From IMG/VR virus record IMGVR_UViG_3300006030_000040: DNA of 43,771 bases; one strand, 5' to 3'. The translations under genes were made by a program, and so were the position numbers. Origin of the DNA: a virus. A model generated the notes under the pieces. It worked only from the letters and a program-made list of their open reading frames with translations, ran no database searches and had not been told where the DNA came from. Within the stretch, counting starts at the first letter, position 1. Every line of letters begins with the position of its first letter. Shown here piece by piece: positions 1 to 6,985 of the stretch.

Positions 1-102
1 GAGCCATAGCCAGAGCCATAGCCATAGCCAGAGCCATCGCCATCGCCAGAGCCAGAGCCATAGCCAGAGCCAGAGCCAGAGCCATCGCCAGAGCCAGAGC
101 CA
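1..102. repeat. Terminal direct repeat, copy 1 (identical to 43670..43771). It is most simply the assembly overlap of a circular or circularly permuted genome.
   Basis: Base-by-base comparison of the first 102 nt with the last 102 nt shows identity. The repeat lies inside a hexanucleotide-periodic coding repeat. Confidence 0.95.
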
Positions 103-146
103 TAGCCAGAGCCAGAGCCATAGCCAGAGTTAATTATGCTTGCCAT
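1..146 (-). CDS. 5' part of a 55-aa Gly/Ser/Tyr/Asp dipeptide-repeat protein. The gene spans the circular junction and continues from 43669 down to 43648.
   Basis: ATG at 146 (minus strand) gives MASIINS, followed by in-frame TCT/TAT/GAT-GGC hexanucleotide units. Read through the junction it ends at TAG 43650..43648. Full product: MASIINSGYGSGSGYGSGSGDGSGSGSGYGSGSGDGDGSGYGYGSGYGSGYGGIL. It is co-directional with both neighbouring genes. Confidence 0.5.
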   Translation of the reverse strand, partial: MASIINSGYGSGSGYGSGSGDGSGSGSGYGSGSGDGDGSGYGYGSGYG

Positions 147-252
147 ATAGTATAGTTAGATAGTAGGAGTCGCTGGTGAGTGGCCTTGTCATATCTTGAA
201 TTGTCACATGTCTTGCAGTATCTTCGCCCTTGATATAAACGAACGCATATTT

Positions 253-627
253 TTATGCTGACCAAATGGCCACAGAGTTAATGGATTCTTGAGCCTCCTT
301 AGTCGCTGGGATTACTTCAACAACTTGGTCAATTTCTACTTCTGCCACCTCAACTGGGAACTTGCATGTAGAGGGTTTGGAAGTACCGTTAATGGCTAGT
401 TGAGACAATGAAGCTGCGCCATCCCAATACCAGATTCGTCGCGCTTTGAGCATAACTACATTCCCTTCTTTCTTGCTTTTCACATATCCAGCCCAAGCTC
501 CTGAGCCTACGGAACGGACTATGCAATATTTTAAGTCTTTGAAGGATTCGGCCTTCTCTTTGGCTTTAGACTCTGGAACGTATGTGACTCCATCTATTAC
601 AATGGAATCGGGAGTAACTTTTGACAT
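253..627 (-). CDS. Hypothetical phage protein (124 aa)
   Basis: Clean ORF, co-directional with the exonuclease/RecT block. It contains a RIWYWDGAASL motif but I cannot name the family. Confidence 0.75.
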   Translation of the reverse strand: MSKVTPDSIVIDGVTYVPESKAKEKAESFKDLKYCIVRSVGSGAWAGYVKSKKEGNVVMLKARRIWYWDGAASLSQLAINGTSKPSTCKFPVEVAEVEIDQVVEVIPATKEAQESINSVAIWSA

Positions 628-670
628 AAATAAAGTGTTTAAAAGGTTAATTGATTAATCATTTCTTCCA

Positions 671-1264
671 TTAGAGTTTGGCCTTGATTGCCTTGATTTT
701 CGCCTCTGCAATCTTGAAGCCCTCGAGGAGTTTAGCCTGTTTCTCCGTGTCTGGTAAAATATCAAACACAAGCAAGCTCTTCTCAAAATTAGGGTTATAG
801 GCTAGATATCTCCATAACTTCCGACCAGTAATTAGGAGATTCATTTGGATTTGCCATAAGTATTTACTCTCGATCTCATCAGCTCCATTCAAGATCATTT
901 TGAAGTGAACCACATCATTGTGACATTTGACTTCAATACCTGCATCTTCGCCTTCCAGTCCATCAGGGGAGCACCCGATCAAGTCGCTATGTTCCACGAA
1001 CCCTACTTGCTCAATCACCACGTTATTCTCTAACTCATAAATTGCTCTAGCAGATGGCTCAAGCTCCGTGCCCCTATCCATGTCTTTGTTTTTATAGAAC
1101 TCAACTTCTCCGCTGGAATACTCGCCGGCTAGAACTTCCATGATGTAAGTATCAAGCCCTTTGCCACAGTTGCCAATTTCTTGAGCGTGTGAGGCTGTGA
1201 GCTTGCCTTTGCGGATAGCGTGCCACTCAGGTGTGCCTTGGATTATGTCCTTATGGATTTTCAT
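671..1264 (-). CDS. YqaJ-like / lambda-Exo-like PD-(D/E)XK recombination exonuclease
   Basis: QGTPEWHAIRKGKLTAS N-terminal motif, DRGTELEP, SPDG, and IEVKC (E-x-K). It overlaps the RecT-like gene by 4 nt, the classic exo-annealase pair arrangement. Confidence 0.9.
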   Translation of the reverse strand: MKIHKDIIQGTPEWHAIRKGKLTASHAQEIGNCGKGLDTYIMEVLAGEYSSGEVEFYKNKDMDRGTELEPSARAIYELENNVVIEQVGFVEHSDLIGCSPDGLEGEDAGIEVKCHNDVVHFKMILNGADEIESKYLWQIQMNLLITGRKLWRYLAYNPNFEKSLLVFDILPDTEKQAKLLEGFKIAEAKIKAIKAKL

Positions 1265-2061
1265 TTTGTGGGTGCGTTAGCGAGTAAAGTATTACGTTTT
1301 GCAGCTATGTATACGTCAAAGTCCTTCCCACGGCCTCTATTCTTCGCATAATACGCCCTTAGAGCCTCGATGTTGTCGATTTCGTCTATTTCCCCCTTCC
1401 ATTTTAAATCAAGCGTCAGAGGGTTGTTTAAATCGTTATTTTCATTATCCATTTCCTCAATGCCCGAATAAATGTCGTCAAAGTGGACTTTGCAGGCTTT
1501 CTTTATGACTGTTTTAAGTGCCATCTCCTTAAACCATTGCTTCCATAGAAAATCATCCCTAGAAACTGCACGGTGCTTTGCTATGTCTTCCTTACTTAGA
1601 AGCGTCAGAAACTCACCACGTTTATTCTTGATTACACAATATCCACCGATCACGCCTTTTTCGTCCTGTGCGAATGGGTTCCGGATAACGTGCTCATACT
1701 TTACTTCGCCGCTGTCCTTATTGACCATAAACTCATCACCGTCGTACACAAGGCTGACGTCTACTTGGCTTTCAGGATATGCGATGAGCATCTTGTTTTT
1801 GTATGCAATGTAATCATAGCTGATACCTGTGCTTTGGAGGGTAATATGCTTGCCATCGAAAACCAGTCCTTCTTTCGCAACACGATTGAAAAGATCGGCA
1901 AGTTGTTGTGGCGTTTTGTAGTCCATCCAAGGATTGCGCCTTGTGCCGTCTTTCTTTTTGGCGTTTTGCTGATCGATGCAGTGAGCTGCAAACTTCTCCG
2001 CATCTTCCTTTTGAGCTTCGGGAAGAAGGTCGGTGATTAGTTTGGCCGTAAGTTGAGCCAT
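1261..2061 (-). CDS. recT: RecT-family single-strand annealing protein
   Basis: GGYCVIKNKRGEF...LSKEDIAKHRAVS...WKQWFKEMALKTVIKKACK matches the RecT core as I remember it. I chose the start at MAQLTAKL (2061); an alternative ATG is at 2094. The track ORF extension to 2187 would run into the tRNA-like gene. Confidence 0.85.
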   Translation of the reverse strand: MAQLTAKLITDLLPEAQKEDAEKFAAHCIDQQNAKKKDGTRRNPWMDYKTPQQLADLFNRVAKEGLVFDGKHITLQSTGISYDYIAYKNKMLIAYPESQVDVSLVYDGDEFMVNKDSGEVKYEHVIRNPFAQDEKGVIGGYCVIKNKRGEFLTLLSKEDIAKHRAVSRDDFLWKQWFKEMALKTVIKKACKVHFDDIYSGIEEMDNENNDLNNPLTLDLKWKGEIDEIDNIEALRAYYAKNRGRGKDFDVYIAAKRNTLLANAPTK

Positions 2062-2092
2062 GATGTACTTGGTTAAAGTAACTTCATCATAC
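2062..2092 (-). promoter_or_regulatory. Conserved 5' element, copy 1 (candidate promoter -10 / 5'UTR), directly upstream of the RecT-like start
   Basis: The minus strand reads GTATGATGAAGTTACTTTAACCAAGTACATC-ATG. The 22-nt core is identical to 40646..40667, which sits upstream of another leftward ATG. It contains TATGAT, with TTGCAT 17 nt upstream, and the palindrome GTTA-N3-TAAC. Confidence 0.45.
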
Positions 2093-2129
2093 ATGGGGAC
2101 TAGACCTAATGCAAGGGGAAATTTCAAGT

Positions 2130-2258
2130 TGGTCAGGGGTCTAGGACTCGAACCTAGAAATGGTGGGTATTCCCGGATATTTCCCACCGCCTCCCCAGAA
2201 ACTCACTAGCTTCCTAATGGGCTTTTGGAGGTGCGGTTACCAATTACGCCAACCCCTG
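2130..2258 (-). tRNA. Oversized tRNA-like gene (129 nt, class-II / tRNA-Leu-like D arm, encoded CCA) with no canonical anticodon arm
   Basis: The minus strand reads CAGGGGT-TG-GCG-TAATTGGTAAC-CGC-A ...74 nt... CTAGG-TTCGAGT-CCTAG-ACCCCTG-A-CCA. That gives a 7-bp acceptor stem, a 3-bp/11-nt D arm and a canonical T arm. The 74-nt middle holds CCTCC...GGAGG enclosing a hairpin with a 9-nt loop (GCTAGTGAG), then a GGTGGG...CCCACC hairpin. Confidence 0.5.
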
Positions 2259-2265
2259 ATATTTA

Positions 2266-2541
2266 TTAAGAGAACCTAGCGAATACTTCCGCCTCCTGAT
2301 TATAGGGATAAGTTCCACTCGTAACGTAGTATCCTCTGAGCTTCTTAAGTGGGAGTGTTCTAAGTTTCCCAGCACAGATAGTTTTAGACCCTTCTGGAGC
2401 TGAGTCTGCTGAATCTAGGATGACTGAGAAAGCTTTATCTTTACCATAAGCCCTGTTAGTGACTTCAAGAGTGCCATCCTTTAGCATGTCTTTGATTTTA
2501 TCGGTCTTAGCGAAACGTAGTTCGGTGAAGGTTGTTTTCAT
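2266..2541 (-). CDS. Hypothetical protein (91 aa)
   Basis: ORF in the tightly packed leftward array. No recognisable motif. Confidence 0.7.
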   Translation of the reverse strand: MKTTFTELRFAKTDKIKDMLKDGTLEVTNRAYGKDKAFSVILDSADSAPEGSKTICAGKLRTLPLKKLRGYYVTSGTYPYNQEAEVFARFS

Positions 2542-2550
2542 TTAGATTTG

Positions 2551-2793
2551 TTAGATTACAGTTTTTGGGTCAAAGTTCTTAGCTGCCATTAGCATCTCCT
2601 CTGTTATTTTGTCGCTCGGAGTTTTCGCTGAAGCACCTCTATAGAAGTTATCTTGAAGTAGTTTTGATATTGTGGAATCAATTTCATTAAGTCTAGAGGC
2701 TAGAGTTGGCGTGTACTTCATGCTCAACGCTATCGTTAGGATTTCCTTCTCTCTGTTTAGACCTTTTACGGCCTCAAGTAGTGCTTCGTTCAT
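2551..2793 (-). CDS. Hypothetical protein (80 aa)
   Basis: ORF in the tightly packed leftward array. No recognisable motif. Confidence 0.7.
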   Translation of the reverse strand: MNEALLEAVKGLNREKEILTIALSMKYTPTLASRLNEIDSTISKLLQDNFYRGASAKTPSDKITEEMLMAAKNFDPKTVI

Positions 2794-2801
2794 TTTTAAG
2801 T

Positions 2802-2948
2802 TTAAGTGAAATAAATCATGTTTGGCACGAACGTCCTATCGTCCTTAATTAGCTTCTTTCTGTGCAATTCGCACTCTAGCCTTTCATTCGAGGCAAGAAC
2901 CTCATTAAGGGTTGCATGAGTCACACATCCGCAATCAGCTTTTCTCAT
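2802..2948 (-). CDS. Small hypothetical protein (48 aa, MRKADCGCVTHATL...)
   Basis: Hand-translated ORF below the track cutoff. It exactly fills the gap between 2957..3181 and 2551..2793 on the same strand. Confidence 0.4.
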   Translation of the reverse strand: MRKADCGCVTHATLNEVLASNERLECELHRKKLIKDDRTFVPNMIYFT

Positions 2949-2956
2949 AAAAGAGT

Positions 2957-3181
2957 TCAGTTAAATGACTGTGAAACGAACTGCGTACTGCCTACTAAGA
3001 TTTTACATGCAGCGTCCCACTCTAAGTTTGGAGTCTTTGAAAATCCCTCAACAGTTTCTTCTCCGTTTTGACAGCCCCAAGTGACTAGAAAGGGAATCCC
3101 TCCCGATGATTCAGAAAGCCCAGCACAAACCCTGTGCAGAGTCGCTCCTATCTCTTCGAGCTGTTGGTCGGTTAGCGTCAT
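2957..3181 (-). CDS. Hypothetical protein (74 aa), first gene of the leftward arm
   Basis: ORF abutting the divergent control region. Confidence 0.65.
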   Translation of the reverse strand: MTLTDQQLEEIGATLHRVCAGLSESSGGIPFLVTWGCQNGEETVEGFSKTPNLEWDAACKILVGSTQFVSQSFN

Positions 3182-3843
3182 TCAAATTAGTTATACCTCT
3201 AGCGTATGATAAAAGAGCCTTGGAGTCAATAGAATCCACCAAAACAACCTTTCGGAAGGCTTGGTAGGCGCATGTTCGTTAGGCTAGGCACCTAATTTGC
3301 CCTTCTATTCTACCTAAACTAAGGACGTGGTTCAAGGGAATCATCAAGAGGCCAAACTATTTCTAGCGTAGCCTGTTGGTGAACCCCGTATGTGGAGTTG
3401 ACGTAAGGTTTTTCTTCCTCTAATATAGAGGTGCATCAGAAAAAACAAGCAAAGTATACCAACTTCTTGTTTTCTGGGCAAGAGGCGTTTTTTTACGCCG
3501 TTCCGCACATTCACACTGTAGTACCCAGATCAACAAAAGATACCGCCGTTCGCGTTTCCTTAATTGGAGCGGAGGCGTTGGGAAGTAAGCGCATCATCAT
3601 GTTTGGGTGTAGCCGTAACGGGCTTCATGTCGTAAAGACTCACCAAATAAAAGCGTTGCTCGATCTATGCCATTAGTTTTTAGATGGACGGATGGAGAGC
3701 TGAACATGATTAAAAGTATTGCACTGCTAGGGGGTAAAGACGCACCTGGGCCCCTCTGACCAACGTATTAATGCCACGAGCAACCTTCGACTAAACTACA
3801 GTTTCATCCCCCTTGCTAAACTTAAAAATAAGTTGTCTAGCCT
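3182..3843. promoter_or_regulatory. 660-bp ORF-poor divergent control region: candidate promoters plus an origin and/or a long structured RNA
   Basis: It lies between the first leftward and first rightward genes. The only ORF is an 81-codon GTG-start frame. Several short hairpins are visible: 3248-3259 CCTT-TCGG-AAGG; 3279-3295 TTAGG-CTAGGCA-CCTAA; about 3484-3499 GGCGT-T5-ACGCC; about 3611-3624 AGCC-GTAACG-GGCT. Repeated 8-9-mers: GAGGCGTT x2, CGCCGTTC x2, TCTAGCGTA x2. Confidence 0.6.
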
Positions 3844-4167
3844 ATGGGCGGAGTGTGCCTGAGCAACTTAACTCCTCACCTTATGTTTGAGAGCTTAACT
3901 CCACTGTGTCGGTACTGTAAAACCTCTGACTTAAAGTACTCATCTTGTGTGTTCTCAGATGGAAACATCCACATCTACTGTTTATGCCAGAAGTGTTTCT
4001 CTAGGTACAACGTGAAGCAAGAAGAGGTTCCTAGCACGGTCTTGCGTAACTTACCGATCATGTTTCCTGAGGAACGGGAGGCGGAGCAAATCAAGTATGT
4101 GAAGCTCAGGAAAAGATTGCGTAAGGGGCTTGAGCCTATCGTTATTTCACAAGCAACACTTTTATGA
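3844..4167 (+). CDS. Cys-rich (zinc-ribbon-like) hypothetical protein (107 aa)
   Basis: First rightward ORF, with CRYC...C...CLCQKC cysteine pairs. Its stop overlaps the next start (ATGA). Confidence 0.6.
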   Translation: MGGVCLSNLTPHLMFESLTPLCRYCKTSDLKYSSCVFSDGNIHIYCLCQKCFSRYNVKQEEVPSTVLRNLPIMFPEEREAEQIKYVKLRKRLRKGLEPIVISQATLL

Positions 4168-4700
4168 AAACTAAGCTACGGTACAAAATCTTCGAACGTG
4201 ACTCATTTACATGTCAATACTGCGGGAGTAAACCTCCTAATGTTATTCTAGAAGTTGACCATATCATTTCCAGATTTGATGGAGGGGAAGACGACGAGAT
4301 GAACCTAATTACTTCTTGTTTCGCATGTAATCGGGGCAAGTCCAAGAAGAGCGCAAGCGTTGAAAAAATACGTAAGAAATCCTTTAAGAAAGAACTCGCC
4401 ATAATTCAAGAAGAGAAGTCGCAATTGTTAGCCTATTATGACTTCAAAAGACAGCGCGCTAAGATAGAAGCCGAGAAGATGGAGATTTTTGACGACGAAT
4501 GGAACAGACTTTCGGGTGGACATTCCGGTCTTTCGGAGCACGGACTGAAGTCGATAAAACTTTTGATCGAGCGTCACAGTTACACTCCAGACATGATCAT
4601 AGATGCTATGGAGATTGCTTGGGAGAAGGACTACATCGAAGTTGATGATAAGTTCCGTTACATGTGCGGGGTTTTAAAGAATATGACTCGAAACATTTAA
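4164..4700 (+). CDS. HNH endonuclease domain protein with a DnaD-like C-terminal region
   Basis: N-terminus: CQYCGS...EVDHIISRFDGGEDDEMNLITSCFACNRGK (HNH). C-terminus: IIDAMEIAWEKDYI...FRYMCGVLKNM, which resembles the DnaD / replisome-organizer C-terminal motif. Confidence 0.8.
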   Translation: MKTKLRYKIFERDSFTCQYCGSKPPNVILEVDHIISRFDGGEDDEMNLITSCFACNRGKSKKSASVEKIRKKSFKKELAIIQEEKSQLLAYYDFKRQRAKIEAEKMEIFDDEWNRLSGGHSGLSEHGLKSIKLLIERHSYTPDMIIDAMEIAWEKDYIEVDDKFRYMCGVLKNMTRNI

Positions 4701-4758
4701 TTCCCCCTTGTTTTCTCGTTAGTACTAATGTATGATATAGAGGCTTTAACCACAACGT

Positions 4759-5511
4759 ATGAGGACTTACTCCAGGAAAGCTTACCCCTCAAGGGGACTG
4801 GCAAAACATAGGAGCGCTCTATGGGATGGACTAAACGCAGGGAACTGCATAATTTGCGAGGCGACGCTTATAAGAAAAACAAATCCAACGACGGGAATAC
4901 AGGAACAGTGGAAGCGTTTCTTGAACAGAAAGACTTGTGGGAATGTCTATGATGCAAAAGGCGACAGCGTGGCAGGGGAGTGCTTACAGGCTTATCGCAA
5001 GGTATCCGAATATAATGGGAACTGGAAGGAGATAATGCCGAAGTGTATAGAATGTGGACGGAGAATAGGCTATCGGAGTCCAGGCGAACCTACGCCACAA
5101 AGATGTGCAAAACACTACAAGGAGTTCATGTCAGATAGTGGCGCATATGTAGAGCTGGCAAAGAAGAATTTAGGCCAGTATGCCTTTCCGAAAGGAGTCT
5201 CTTCGGGAGTTCCCTTTAAAAAGGGCCAGGAATCTTGGAGCCGTGGTAAAACTTTTGAACAATTACATGGAAAACGAAAAGCGCATAAACTTAAAGAGAA
5301 ACTCGCTAACGAAAGGAGGGAAGGGTGGATTTCAGGGAAATACGATGCCGTCAAAAGGGAAAGCGTAGAATGGCACTGCAAAGTTTGTGATAGAACCTTA
5401 TTCTTAAAGCCATATTATGCAAGGACTAGGCTTACCTGTAGTCTAAGCTGTTCGGGTAAAATTGGCGGTGCGACAAAACGCAAAATTCCCCATAAAGCGA
5501 CAGACCTTTGA
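4759..5511 (+). CDS. Zinc-ribbon-rich basic protein (250 aa), probably DNA-binding
   Basis: Several CxxC pairs (CIICE, CIECG, CKVCD, CSLSCSGK) and a basic GK-rich stretch reminiscent of NUMOD3-type motifs. Confidence 0.65.
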   Translation: MRTYSRKAYPSRGLAKHRSALWDGLNAGNCIICEATLIRKTNPTTGIQEQWKRFLNRKTCGNVYDAKGDSVAGECLQAYRKVSEYNGNWKEIMPKCIECGRRIGYRSPGEPTPQRCAKHYKEFMSDSGAYVELAKKNLGQYAFPKGVSSGVPFKKGQESWSRGKTFEQLHGKRKAHKLKEKLANERREGWISGKYDAVKRESVEWHCKVCDRTLFLKPYYARTRLTCSLSCSGKIGGATKRKIPHKATDL

Positions 5512-5738
5512 CCTACACCCCCGACCAAATACGCACAGCAAAGAAGCTAGTTAGATGGTATAAAACCTTTTCTACACCTGAAGATTCTGCTAGAATAGAA
5601 GTAGCTCAACTCCTAAAAAGATACGAGCACAAGAAGATCAAGAACGCTATGAACTCAACGGCTTGTACTTCACCACTCATGCTCAAGAAGATTTTAGAAC
5701 AACGTGAAACCTTTAAGGACTCTAAGACCTACCTATGA
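5508..5738 (+). CDS. Hypothetical protein (76 aa)
   Basis: ORF with a 4-nt start/stop overlap with the upstream gene. Confidence 0.65.
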   Translation: MTYTPDQIRTAKKLVRWYKTFSTPEDSARIEVAQLLKRYEHKKIKNAMNSTACTSPLMLKKILEQRETFKDSKTYL

Positions 5739-5896
5739 ATAAAGAAACCCTGCTCGAAAACCTACACAAACTAGCCAATAAAGCCACTGAGGAAAGACGT
5801 GCGCTTAAAACTGGTGAGGATGGTTATGATTATTTATGCGGATATGAGTACGGCCTTGCTTGTGCAATAGGTGAAGTGATACGTGCTAAGCTTTAA
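5735..5896 (+). CDS. Small hypothetical protein (53 aa, MNKETLLENLHKLANK...)
   Basis: Hand-translated ORF with an ATGA overlap with the upstream gene. It is below the track cutoff. Confidence 0.45.
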   Translation: MNKETLLENLHKLANKATEERRALKTGEDGYDYLCGYEYGLACAIGEVIRAKL

Positions 5897-5941
5897 AATT
5901 ACCCCTTGTGCTATTGGGGAGGGCAATGTATGATTCAATAG

Positions 5942-6080
5942 TCACGGATGGCGGAATAGGTAGACGCATCGGCTGCACGTATAGGCTTAGCGGCTGAAAG
6001 TGTGGTGAAGGCAAATGGGGTTCGACTCCCCGTGGACGCTCGGAGAGCTTGCCGTGCAGGTTCAAATCCTGCTCCGTGGC
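5942..6080 (+). tRNA. Oversized tRNA-like gene (139 nt, tRNA-Leu-like D arm) containing a second, internal T-arm-like hairpin
   Basis: TCACGGA-TG-GCG-GAATAGGTAGA-CGC-A ...87 nt... GCAGG-TTCAAAT-CCTGC-TCCGTGG-C. The acceptor stem is 7 bp (one G.U) and the D arm is nearly identical to E. coli tRNA-Leu as I recall it. The 87-nt middle includes TGGGG-TTCGACT-CCCCG and GCTC-GGA-GAGC hairpins. No CCA is encoded. Confidence 0.5.
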
Positions 6081-6247
6081 TTCCAAAATAATTACAGGTC
6101 GGCAGGTTGCTCGCCTTGCAGCGGTGTCGGTCAATAAAAGCGGGGACAAAGAAAGGTTCATAGCCTCCACAAATATCCGCAAAGGCATTTGGATAACTAA
6201 CACCACATGAAAAAATACAAACTAGACGAACACTTTAAATACTGAAT

Positions 6248-6415
6248 ATGGAACCACTCGAAGAAGCCCTGAAGCTCATAAATCAAAATCATACGATGAT
6301 GCTGGAGAATAGGAAGCGGCAAAAGGTATTTGCGAAAGATTGGAAAAAACGAGTGAACAACGCTTTCGACAAAAGGGATATAAGGCTCTTATTTACTAAC
6401 AAGCCTGCCCTATGA
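6248..6415 (+). CDS. Small hypothetical protein (55 aa, MEPLEEALKLINQ...)
   Basis: Hand-translated ORF between the tRNA-like gene and the HNH gene. Confidence 0.4.
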   Translation: MEPLEEALKLINQNHTMMLENRKRQKVFAKDWKKRVNNAFDKRDIRLLFTNKPAL

Positions 6416-6481
6416 ATCCTAAACAAATGCTAGAAGCGGTGACTGATTGACTTCGCAAACGCAGTGGTGTACATTACATGC

Positions 6482-6985
6482 ATGGAAGAATACAGGCCTG
6501 TTACTGGTTACGAAGGACTATACTCTATCTCAAATTACGGGAAGCTGCTGAGTATGCGCATGAGAAGGCAGATGAAGACATGGAAGAACAACAAAGGGTA
6601 TGAAACATGCTCCTTGTGTTCTAACGGGGAAGAGCAAAGGTTTTTAGTCCATAGGCTGGTAGCCCAGAGTTTCATCGCCAATCCGCTAAAACTGCCAGTG
6701 GTGAATCACAAAGATTTTAATCCAAGTAATAATCATGTCGAAAATCTAGAATGGTGCACCATTTCTTGGAACGCAATGCACGCCTACAAGAACGGACGAT
6801 TGCCAAAACCTCCTACGCATAGGGGTGAAGAACTTTTGTTCGCAAAAATGACCGAGGCCAAAGTTTTGGAATTAAGGAGGTTGCGCGAGGCAGGGGCGGT
6901 TTATACGGAGCTTGCTAGTAAGTTCGGGATACATCTCGCTACAGCACAGAGAATAGCGACCCGTAAGACATGGAAACACATGTGA
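6482..6985 (+). CDS. HNH homing-type endonuclease with an N-terminal NUMOD4 motif and a C-terminal HTH
   Basis: YRPVTGYEGLYSISNYGKLLS (NUMOD4), VHRLVAQSF...VNHKDFNPSNNHVENLEW (HNH_3) and a C-terminal helix-turn-helix-like tail. I used the ATG at 6482 rather than the GTG at 6464. Confidence 0.85.
   Translation: MEEYRPVTGYEGLYSISNYGKLLSMRMRRQMKTWKNNKGYETCSLCSNGEEQRFLVHRLVAQSFIANPLKLPVVNHKDFNPSNNHVENLEWCTISWNAMHAYKNGRLPKPPTHRGEELLFAKMTEAKVLELRRLREAGAVYTELASKFGIHLATAQRIATRKTWKHM

Noticed and set aside
1-146. The periodic terminal repeats could be a CRISPR array or a satellite
   Set aside because: The period is 6 nt with no spacers. The repeat stays in one reading frame from an ATG to a stop and encodes X-Gly dipeptides. 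No cas genes are present.
2062-2187. N-terminal extension of the RecT-like ORF (track start 2187)
   Set aside because: The extension would be translated through the tRNA-like gene and the conserved 5' element. The RecT-like similarity only begins after MAQLTAKL.
3431-3676. 81-aa GTG-start ORF inside the divergent control region
   Set aside because: It has no ATG start, an odd composition, and is isolated from any gene array. I treat it as non-coding unless the frame is conserved in relatives.
5942-6080. The tRNA-like segments could be attP sites for integration into host tRNA genes
   Set aside because: I can recognise no integrase, recombinase or excisionase anywhere in the genome. Both loci also carry complete 5' acceptor and D-arm halves, not just tRNA 3' ends.
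5886-6206. 106-aa minus-strand track ORF
   Set aside because: It lies antisense across the tRNA-like gene and the adjacent non-coding DNA, against the local gene direction, and has Pro/Leu/Arg-rich junk-like composition.
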